Origin: an uncultured bacterium
GTDB taxonomy: Bacteria; Margulisbacteria; WOR-1; XYC2-FULL-46-14
DNA length: 64,000 bases
Assembly (NCBI GenBank): GCA_964421245.1
Contig: CAYQVW010000002.1
Coordinates: 280-64,279 of the forward strand
Reading direction: 5' to 3'
Made by a program: the position numbers and the translations under genes. The notes beneath the pieces were generated by a model. The model did no database searches. It had not been told where the DNA came from and saw only the letters and a program-made list of their open reading frames with translations. Below are positions 48,253 through 55,866 of the stretch, piece after piece. Positions within the stretch are counted from its first letter, which is position 1. Each line of letters begins with the position of its first letter.

Positions 48253-48281
48253 CTATCGGGATGGGGGGGAGAAAACTTGCA
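48253..48281 (-). promoter_or_regulatory. Orphan-regulon promoter motif, type B
   Basis: TGCAAGTT-ttctcccccccatcc-CGATAG. Confidence 0.75.
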
Positions 48282-48342
48282 TGGATTTAGAAAATAGGAA
48301 TTAGGAAATAGGAACTAGTAAAGGGGAAGCAAAATTGTAGGA

Positions 48343-48478
48343 ATTCTCGGCACCCCTCTTGGAAATTAGAAACTAGGAGATAGGAACTAGCTCTGCTAAT
48401 TTTTACTATATTTACTCCATTTTTTTACCATTTTCTAGTTCCTAGTTTCTATTTCCTAACACGGGCATGGAAATTGCT
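48343..48478 (+). promoter_or_regulatory. Shared 14-bp box plus sigma54-type promoter of four-helix-bundle gene 3
   Basis: ATTCTCGGCACCCC (48343-48356) and GGGCATGGAAATTGCT (GG-N10-GC, 48463-48478). Confidence 0.7.
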
Positions 48479-48506
48479 ACATATAACACAAAGGAGGAAG
48501 CAAAAA

Positions 48507-48899
48507 ATGACAAAATACGGACCAATTAACAACTTTACTGACATCGGAGCCTATAAAATAGGAAAAGAAATAATTAAATTAACATATGGTATCACAGATA
48601 AACTTCCATCAGAAGAAAAATATGGATTAAGCTCTCAAATGAGAAGAGCTGCAGTTTCTTTCACTGCAAACATTGCAGAAGGATATGGAAGGTATCATTT
48701 TAAAGAAAATATACAATTTTGTCTTATTGGCAGAGGATCTATGTATGAATTGCAGGATCATATAATTTCATGTAAAGAAATCGGCTTTATAAAAAACGAT
48801 GAGTTTCAAAATATTTTTACCTTAACAGAAAATGCACTAAAAGCCTTAAACGGGTACATAAGATTATTAAAAAGACTAAAATTAAAAATAAAGGAATAA
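48507..48899 (+). CDS. Four helix bundle protein (23S rRNA IVP / Avd-like family)
   Basis: LPSEEKYGLSSQMRRAAVSFTANIAEGYGR..RGSMYEL; ATG at 48507 after AAGGAGG. Confidence 0.92.
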   Translation: MTKYGPINNFTDIGAYKIGKEIIKLTYGITDKLPSEEKYGLSSQMRRAAVSFTANIAEGYGRYHFKENIQFCLIGRGSMYELQDHIISCKEIGFIKNDEFQNIFTLTENALKALNGYIRLLKRLKLKIKE

Positions 48900-48931
48900 C
48901 AAACTAGTTCCTAATTTCTAGTCTCTAGTCC

Positions 48932-49783
48932 CTATTTCACAACCATAGTACCGATTCCGAAGTCAGTGAAAATCTCGAGGAGGAGTGCATGAGGAATTTG
49001 ACCATCAATAATGTGAACTTTTTCGACCCCTCTTTTGAGGGCCATCAAACTGCTTTTTACTTTTGGTATCATTCCACCGCTTAAATCGCCGGATTTAATC
49101 ATTTTATTAATCTTTTTTGTATTAACCTCCGAAATTAATTCTCCCTTCCTATTTAAAACACCCCTAACATCTGTCATAAGAATTAATTTAGAAGCACCAA
49201 GTTCAGCAGCAATTGCTGACGCCGCTCGATCTGCATTTATATTATAAACCTTACCACCTCTTCCAATTCCAATCGGCGCTAGAACCGGAATGTGCCCCTT
49301 TTTCATCCAACGACGTAAAAAACGATAACGAACGCCATCCACTTGGCCAACGAAGCCAAGATCAAGTCCTTTTGGCCAAAGCTTTTTGGCCTTTATTACC
49401 TTCCCCTTCTTCCCCCAAAACCCCCTAGCTTTTCCACCATTCTTTTTGATCAAGGAGACAATCTCCGCATTGACCTTCTTACCTAACACCTGCTGAACCG
49501 CTTGCATAGTGGCCTTATCTGTTACCCGTCTCCCATCGACAAATCTAGTCGGTATCTTCTTGCGTTTCAAATATTTGTTAATCGCCGGTCCCCCACCATG
49601 AACAATTACCGGATGCATTCCAATATATTTTAAAAGCACTGCATCACGCATAACAGATCGCTTGAGCTCTGGATCGGTCATCGCGGCTCCACCATACTTA
49701 ATAACAATAACCTGGTCATGGAACTGAATTATGTATGGCAATGCCTCCATTACTGTCTTTGCTTTTCTAATCCTGTGTTTCAT
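48932..49783 (-). CDS. argB: Acetylglutamate kinase
   Basis: VIKYGGAAM, VHGGGP, YNINAD and GGMIPK. Confidence 0.96.
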   Translation of the reverse strand: MKHRIRKAKTVMEALPYIIQFHDQVIVIKYGGAAMTDPELKRSVMRDAVLLKYIGMHPVIVHGGGPAINKYLKRKKIPTRFVDGRRVTDKATMQAVQQVLGKKVNAEIVSLIKKNGGKARGFWGKKGKVIKAKKLWPKGLDLGFVGQVDGVRYRFLRRWMKKGHIPVLAPIGIGRGGKVYNINADRAASAIAAELGASKLILMTDVRGVLNRKGELISEVNTKKINKMIKSGDLSGGMIPKVKSSLMALKRGVEKVHIIDGQIPHALLLEIFTDFGIGTMVVK

Positions 49784-50964
49784 TAAGTGTGATACCTCGC
49801 ATTAATTTTGACATAATCATATGATAAATCACAACCCCACGCTTCGGCAGAATGTTTACCGGCTTTTAAATTTATTCTAAAAATAATATCTTTTTTCTTA
49901 AAAACCTTACTAATTTGCTTCTTGCTAACATCAAGTCCAATTCCATTACGGGCTATTTGAAGCCCTTCTGCAAACACATCGACTTCGTTTGGATCAAAAT
50001 TTACATCTGCAGCACCAATTGCAGCCACAATTCTACCCCAATTTAAATCTTTGCCAAAAACAGCTGCTTTAAATAAATCAGAATCAACCACCATCTTAGC
50101 AGCAAGACAAGCTTCTTTTGGACTGTGCGCCCCAACCACTTTAACGGTAATTAGTTTCGTGGCTCCTTCTCCATCCCTGGCAATTGCCTTAGCCAAATAA
50201 ACACAAATATGTTCCAATGCCTTTTTGAACTTACTAATCCCTATCCCCTCTACCCTAACCCCTGACATCCCATTAGCCAAAGCAATCACGCAATCATTGG
50301 TGCTCATACAATTATCAACTGAAAGCATATTGAAGGAAAGGTCGGTTACTTGTTTAAGTAATTTTTGAAGAAGCTTTGAACTAATCAGAGCATCTGTAGT
50401 TATAAAGGCGTGCATTGTTGCCATGGTGGGAGCAATCATTCCCGAACCCTTTGCAATTCCAGAAATTGTATATTTCCCAACTTTAAGAGTAATCTCCTTT
50501 TCTACGGTATCGGTTGTTAAAATAGCATGGGCAGCATCGACTCCTCCATCTTTTGAAATGTGTTTTGCAATCTTATTAATTCCTGGAACAATTTTCTCCA
50601 TTGGCAGCAAATTACCAATGGTTCCGGTAGATGTTACCAAAACAGATTTGCGCGGGACATGTAATGCTCTAGCCGCAACATCAATCATCTCCCAAGCATC
50701 GGTTATTCCTTGCTTGCCGGTCGCAGCATTTGCATTTCCAGAGTTTGCAATAATTGCTTGAGCAATCCCGGATTTTATCTGTTTTTGAGAAACAATTATT
50801 GGCGCCGCCTTAAATTTATTTGTTGTGAAGACAGCAGCAACCGAACATGGAACTTCTGAACAAACAACAGCCAGATCTTTTTTGCCAGATTTTTTTAAAC
50901 CGACAGAAATACCCGCTGCCCTAAATCCTTTGGGCGAAGAGATTGATCCTTTTATTTTTTTCAT
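49783..50964 (-). CDS. argJ: Ornithine acetyltransferase
   Basis: ILTTDT, AKGSGMIAPTMATM, STND and DGEGATK. Confidence 0.96.
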   Translation of the reverse strand: MKKIKGSISSPKGFRAAGISVGLKKSGKKDLAVVCSEVPCSVAAVFTTNKFKAAPIIVSQKQIKSGIAQAIIANSGNANAATGKQGITDAWEMIDVAARALHVPRKSVLVTSTGTIGNLLPMEKIVPGINKIAKHISKDGGVDAAHAILTTDTVEKEITLKVGKYTISGIAKGSGMIAPTMATMHAFITTDALISSKLLQKLLKQVTDLSFNMLSVDNCMSTNDCVIALANGMSGVRVEGIGISKFKKALEHICVYLAKAIARDGEGATKLITVKVVGAHSPKEACLAAKMVVDSDLFKAAVFGKDLNWGRIVAAIGAADVNFDPNEVDVFAEGLQIARNGIGLDVSKKQISKVFKKKDIIFRINLKAGKHSAEAWGCDLSYDYVKINARYHT

Positions 50965-52004
50965 GGATAAACAGCGAGCTTGTTCAAGCCATCTGTCTCA
51001 TCAAATCCACACATTAGATTCATGTTTTGAACCGCCTGCCCTGCTGCTCCTTTTATTAGATTATCAATTACCGACATTACAATTACAGTATTAGTCGTTT
51101 CATTGTAAGCAACTGAAATATCACAATAATTTGTATTGCTAACATATTTTGTACAAGGCTCGGAATCTATGACCCTAACAAACGGCGCATCTTTATAGAA
51201 TTTTTTATATAGTTCCATAATTTTTAATTTGTCATTTTTAATTTTTAATTTAGCATATATGGTAGCAAGTATTCCCCTGGTCATCGGCATTAAGTGGGGC
51301 ACAAAAGTAACTTTGGCTCCCTGATCTCCTGATATCCTGATAACCTGATGCCCTATCTCCCCCATATGGCGGTGATTAGTAACCGCGTAAGGCATTACTC
51401 CCTCATTGCGCTCGCAAAATAGGGTGATCTGTTTTGCTCCACGCCCTGCTCCAGAGATTCCAGATTTTGCATCTATCATTATGCTTGTCAAATCAATAAG
51501 CTTGTTTTTAATAAGTGGAGCTAATCCTAAAATACTTGCTGTTGGATAACAGCCCGGGTTGCCAATTAATTGGGCTTTTTTAATTTTCTCTTTATAGAGC
51601 TCTGGAGAACCAAAAACCGCCATTTTAAAGGCCTCTTTGTCTGGATGTTCAAGTTGGTACCATTTTTTAAAAATAGCCTCATCATCAAAACGATAATCGG
51701 CTCCAAGGTCAACAACTTTCTTCCCTGCTTTAATTATCTTTGGAACATAATTTAGGGCTATCCCATGAGGAAGAGCTAAAAAGACCAAATCAATAGAGGA
51801 TAAATTTTTATCCAAATCTTCTAAAACCAAACATTTCAAATTACATAATCCATTTAGCTGTGGGTATAATTCTGAAATACTCTTTCCCTTATGTGCTGGC
51901 TCAGACATCAACCATTTAACTTCAACCTGCACATGCTTCAAAAGAATCGATAATAAATTAACCCCCGCATACCCCCCTGCTCCAATTATTCCTACTTTTA
52001 TCAT
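50961..52004 (-). CDS. argC: N-acetyl-gamma-glutamyl-phosphate reductase
   Basis: [22 protein letters not shown] and [14 protein letters not shown]. Confidence 0.97.
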   Translation of the reverse strand: MIKVGIIGAGGYAGVNLLSILLKHVQVEVKWLMSEPAHKGKSISELYPQLNGLCNLKCLVLEDLDKNLSSIDLVFLALPHGIALNYVPKIIKAGKKVVDLGADYRFDDEAIFKKWYQLEHPDKEAFKMAVFGSPELYKEKIKKAQLIGNPGCYPTASILGLAPLIKNKLIDLTSIMIDAKSGISGAGRGAKQITLFCERNEGVMPYAVTNHRHMGEIGHQVIRISGDQGAKVTFVPHLMPMTRGILATIYAKLKIKNDKLKIMELYKKFYKDAPFVRVIDSEPCTKYVSNTNYCDISVAYNETTNTVIVMSVIDNLIKGAAGQAVQNMNLMCGFDETDGLNKLAVYP

Positions 52005-52507
52005 TTGTATCTTTTCACCTCAAATTTAAATAATTCGACCGGATCCATTTCTGATATTCCGGCTTTCTGCCGACAGATTGCAATCTGCTGATCCGGAGTC
52101 TCTACCCCTTCCAAATCCGGCAAAAGCAATCCACGACGCAAACCAGATTTCACTATAATACCAAATTTTTTGGCATTTAGCTCCTTTTTTGATGGTATGG
52201 CAACCGGACTCGATAGCACATCTACCGAAATAACAAGATCGGCTAGTTCATCTTCTAAAACCGGATTAAAACGCGGATCACGAGTTGCCGCCTCTATTCC
52301 ATTTCTTATTATCTCTTCAGCAACATTGCTGGTAGTTGGAGAAAAGGTGCCAATACACCCCCTAAGTTGTCCATGCTTTTTCAAAGAGACAAAAACTCCG
52401 GCTTTGCCTTTCATCTCTTCTGTCTGTTCTGACGGAATTGGAAGTATTTTCCTATTCTTCACATACTCTTCAATTGCTTTTCTTGCTAACTCAACTAATT
52501 TACTCAT
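52001..52507 (-). CDS. AmmeMemoRadiSam system protein A (AMMECR1 domain)
   Basis: GVFVSL...LRGCIGT, RDPRF and GLLLPDL. Confidence 0.92.
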   Translation of the reverse strand: MSKLVELARKAIEEYVKNRKILPIPSEQTEEMKGKAGVFVSLKKHGQLRGCIGTFSPTTSNVAEEIIRNGIEAATRDPRFNPVLEDELADLVISVDVLSSPVAIPSKKELNAKKFGIIVKSGLRRGLLLPDLEGVETPDQQIAICRQKAGISEMDPVELFKFEVKRYK

Positions 52508-53282
52508 AACTGACCACCATATAGCCTACTCCAAATGGACCCTCATAAGATAAAAATTTGGGATTTAAGTTTGTCCCATCCAGGGATCCAAGCATAATTG
52601 CAATTGACCAAAGCGCATCCTGACCAGCCTCATCGGCTAGATCAGCTGGGAATTCAAGAATTCCCTTAATATCATTCTTACCAACTAATTCAACCAACTT
52701 CTTATCAAACTTAGCTCCCTCTGGACTAAATCCAGACGGGGCATTTTTAGTCAAACGATGAGACATGTCAGCCGAGGCAATTATTGCAACTTTTTTATTA
52801 AGTTTTTGTGCCACCCATTTTATCTTCTTACCAAACTCATAAAGTCTTTCTAATGGCAAAAATCCTATTGCGATTGGAAGAATCGGCAAATTTATTTTTT
52901 CTTGCATTGGATAATACAATGGAACGATAACGGCATGATCCAAAACTGTTTCGGGAGAACGCGAAGCCAACGATCCTGCTTCCTTTACTAATTCAATTGC
53001 AAATTCCGGCATTCCTTTTAATTGAAACCGAACTTGCGGTGCCCCAAAGTTCGCCAAGGATCCCTCAAAAACAGGATTAGTATAAACGGGAACACTTGAA
53101 TTAGAAGCTGCCCCGTGGGGGGTAATGACTATAATACAGTCGAGCTCTTTTTCTATTTTTTTTAGTCTTTTTGAAACCAATTTAAGCGCATCTTGGCTTT
53201 TTTGGACTATTTTAATAGACTCTCTACCAACCTCTGGGATTAGTATTGGAGGATGCGGCATAATAGCTGCGTACTTAATCAT
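52500..53282 (-). CDS. AmmeMemoRadiSam system protein B (MEMO/LigB-like)
   Basis: [21 protein letters not shown] and [10 protein letters not shown]. Confidence 0.9.
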   Translation of the reverse strand: MIKYAAIMPHPPILIPEVGRESIKIVQKSQDALKLVSKRLKKIEKELDCIIVITPHGAASNSSVPVYTNPVFEGSLANFGAPQVRFQLKGMPEFAIELVKEAGSLASRSPETVLDHAVIVPLYYPMQEKINLPILPIAIGFLPLERLYEFGKKIKWVAQKLNKKVAIIASADMSHRLTKNAPSGFSPEGAKFDKKLVELVGKNDIKGILEFPADLADEAGQDALWSIAIMLGSLDGTNLNPKFLSYEGPFGVGYMVVSYE

Positions 53283-53301
53283 TTATGCTATAATACCATT
53301 T
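53283..53301. promoter_or_regulatory. Overlapping divergent extended -10 promoters (both leaderless)
   Basis: TGCTATAAT on the plus strand and TGGTATTAT on the minus strand, in the 19-bp gap between divergent start codons. Confidence 0.6.
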
Positions 53302-54645
53302 GTGTTAAAAGTTACAATATCTGGAATACGAGGAATTGTAGACGAAAGCCTTACTGATGAGGTGGTTCAAAACTTTGCGCAGGCCTTTGGAACCTATTTG
53401 AATGGTGGAAAGGTTGTTGTAGGATCCGACACTCGTAAATCCGGTGAAAAAATCAAAAAGATCGTTTTAAAAGCGCTACAATCCTGTGGTTGTGAAGTTA
53501 TCGACCTTGGGATTTCAACAACCCCAACAGTTGGAATATTAACAACACACTTTGGTGCTGCTGGCGGAATGGTTATCACCGCATCTCACAACCCTAATCC
53601 CTGGAACGGTTTAAAATTTATTGCTTCGGATGGTATTTTCTTAACTCCGAAAGAATTTGAAAAATTTGTTAAAATTTATGAGAGCAAAAGATTTATCAAG
53701 AAGAAACAAGGTAAAATATCTGCTTTCGCAGATGCAAACGAAGTTCATATTAAAAGGATCCGGAAGACAATTGACTTAGGCCTTATCCGGGAGCGTAAGT
53801 TTACGGTTGTACTTGATAGCTGCAATGGCGCAGGAAGCATAATAACTCCAAAACTATTGAAAGAGTTAGGAGTAAAGGTTATAGCAATAAACACCAAAAT
53901 TGGCGTCGATTTTCCTCACGGTCCAGAACCAACTCCGGAAAACCTAAAAGAACTCTCAAAAGCAGTAATCAATAATAAAGCCGATATCGGCTTTGCTCAA
54001 GATCCAGACGCTGACCGCTTATCAATTGTGACAAATAAGGGAGAAGCAATTTCCGAAGAATATACCCTGGCAATTGCCGCAAAATATGTTTTATCAAAAA
54101 ATGTAAGGACAGGTCGTGACCTGTCCGTTGTTGCAAATCTCTCAACCAGTAATCTATTAGATGATGTTGCAAAAGAATACGGGGCAAAAATTATAAGAAC
54201 TAAAATCGGAGAAGTTCATGTAGCTTGTAAAATAAAATCATCTGGAGCACAAATTGGTGGCGAGGGAAACGGTGGAGTAATATATCCCAAAATCGGCTTT
54301 AATCGCGATAGCCTAGTCGGAATAGCCCTGATCTTAAGCTATCTTGCAGAAAGCAAAAAGAAGATTGATCAGATATTTACCGAACTACCAAAATACTATC
54401 TATATAAAACCAAAATAAAATGTCTTGATCTTGTAGATGCAAAATCAATATTAGAAAAGGCTGAGAATCTATATAAGAACTCAAAAATAGACAAGACTGA
54501 AGGGGTTAAAATATTACTAGAAGATGCTTGGATTCATCTTAGGGCATCAAACACCGAACCAATTCTTAGGATTTTTTGTGAGGCACGTGATCCATCTTAT
54601 GCAAAAAAACTAGCCGAAGAGATAAAGTCAGCCCTTAAGGCCTAG
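53302..54645 (+). CDS. Alpha-D-phosphohexomutase (PMM/PGM/GlmM family)
   Basis: SGIRG, TASHNP, DPDADR, GGEGNGG and RASNTEP; start at the GTG at 53302. Confidence 0.93.
   Translation: MLKVTISGIRGIVDESLTDEVVQNFAQAFGTYLNGGKVVVGSDTRKSGEKIKKIVLKALQSCGCEVIDLGISTTPTVGILTTHFGAAGGMVITASHNPNPWNGLKFIASDGIFLTPKEFEKFVKIYESKRFIKKKQGKISAFADANEVHIKRIRKTIDLGLIRERKFTVVLDSCNGAGSIITPKLLKELGVKVIAINTKIGVDFPHGPEPTPENLKELSKAVINNKADIGFAQDPDADRLSIVTNKGEAISEEYTLAIAAKYVLSKNVRTGRDLSVVANLSTSNLLDDVAKEYGAKIIRTKIGEVHVACKIKSSGAQIGGEGNGGVIYPKIGFNRDSLVGIALILSYLAESKKKIDQIFTELPKYYLYKTKIKCLDLVDAKSILEKAENLYKNSKIDKTEGVKILLEDAWIHLRASNTEPILRIFCEARDPSYAKKLAEEIKSALKA
54107..54126. repeat. REP-like palindrome (family A) in frame within the phosphohexomutase gene
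   Basis: GGACAGGTCGTGACCTGTCC encodes RTGRDLS. Confidence 0.75.
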
Positions 54646-55866
54646 CTCGCGAATCCTCTCTTCAAAAACCGATCTTGGTATATCCAAAAAACGGGCAGCC
54701 TTAACAATGTTGTTATCAAGATTTTTTAGGGCAAAATCAAAAAAGAAACGCTCAAACTCTGCTCTAATTAATTGAATTTTGTAGTTTTGACTGGAATCAA
54801 TTTCATTAATTTGCATCTTATTAATCATCCCAGTTGTTAAAGGAAGATCTGAAAAAGAGAGATATTCTCTATCACATTTTAAAATCGCGTTTTTGAATAG
54901 CTCTTCCAGCTCAGAAAAGTTGCCAGGAAAATCATAATGAGTAAAAAAACGAATTAGATCATTTCCTAATGCTTTGATCTCCTTATTATATTTGCTGGAA
55001 TATTTTTTTATGTAGGCAGCTAAAATAGTTGGGAGATCTTCTCTGCGAAAGCGCAAAGAAGGAATGTGAACCGTTTTAAAATGTTCTAATTCTTTTAAAG
55101 AGTCGCAAGATGAGAGAACTATTCTAATTCCGCGATCAAGCTTCTTGTCTTCTCTCCAATTGTTTAAAAATCCAAGCAAGGTATGTCGAAAGTGATCGCT
55201 CAAGTTATCATATCCAGCCAAGTATAGTGTTTTTATTCTAAACTCCTTCTTATTATTCTCGGAAGAAGAGAGCAGATCGCGTAAAGTGGTCCAGAAAAAT
55301 CCTTCGTCTTCTTCTCTGACAAAAGAATTAAGATTCAATGTTTTAAAAACTCCTCTACCTGAACTATTATTATGTATTAGCTTAGCAATCCTTTTCTTGT
55401 CGATTCCCACCTCACCCACAACAACCAAATCAGAGAGAGCTGCAATCGATTCCTCCATTTCCTGAAGTAGAACGTTTTGCAAGACACTTCTTCCTTTTAG
55501 CCAGCAAATATCGCCTATCCCAATCAAAGAAACCTTTTTCTCCCCCTTTTTAAAAACCTCTGCAACAGCCTTGGTTAATCTCTTCTTATCAATCGGTTTT
55601 GGAATAAAGTCATAGGCCCCCAATCTGGTTGCAGAGACCGCTTGAGGGATATCTCTATTTTTAGAGATCACAATAACTGGGACTTGTGCATTAACTTGTT
55701 TAACTTCTTTAAAGTCATCCAAATTATAGGTTGAATCCATAATAACCAATCTGGGGGAAGAGGCCTGGAGTCGACTTAGGGCTTGATTAAGATCAAGGAC
55801 CTTGCATTTATAATCTGAATCTAGCATTGATTTTATTTTTGAATCTTTTGAAATTATAAATATCAT
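54628..55866 (-). CDS. NtrC-like response regulator with degenerate AAA+ domain
   Basis: REC domain, GEVGIDK (degenerate Walker A), IPSLRFRREDL, DFPGNFSEL and a Fis-type HTH; no GAFTGA. Confidence 0.85.
   Translation of the reverse strand: MIFIISKDSKIKSMLDSDYKCKVLDLNQALSRLQASSPRLVIMDSTYNLDDFKEVKQVNAQVPVIVISKNRDIPQAVSATRLGAYDFIPKPIDKKRLTKAVAEVFKKGEKKVSLIGIGDICWLKGRSVLQNVLLQEMEESIAALSDLVVVGEVGIDKKRIAKLIHNNSSGRGVFKTLNLNSFVREEDEGFFWTTLRDLLSSSENNKKEFRIKTLYLAGYDNLSDHFRHTLLGFLNNWREDKKLDRGIRIVLSSCDSLKELEHFKTVHIPSLRFRREDLPTILAAYIKKYSSKYNKEIKALGNDLIRFFTHYDFPGNFSELEELFKNAILKCDREYLSFSDLPLTTGMINKMQINEIDSSQNYKIQLIRAEFERFFFDFALKNLDNNIVKAARFLDIPRSVFEERIRELGLKG

Larger units (their letters stand above)
48287..48937. 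repeat. (A/C/T)TAGGAA-type heptamer arrays around four-helix-bundle gene 3
   Basis: Direct arrays at about 48287-48320 and 48361-48390; inverted CTAGTTC/CTATTTC arrays at about 48434-48459 and 48903-48937. Confidence 0.75.

Noticed and set aside
28930-48356. Prophage or integrative element bounded by the 14-bp direct repeat
   Set aside because: No integrase, tRNA target or phage genes, and the interval includes housekeeping-type yqeG. The repeat is better explained as part of a promoter module.
48287-48460. CRISPR array
   Set aside because: Units are degenerate 7-mers without unique spacers, and there are no cas genes.
15099-48899. Diversity-generating retroelement suggested by Avd-like four-helix proteins
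   Set aside because: No reverse transcriptase and no template/variable repeat pair with adenine-specific mismatches were seen in the window.
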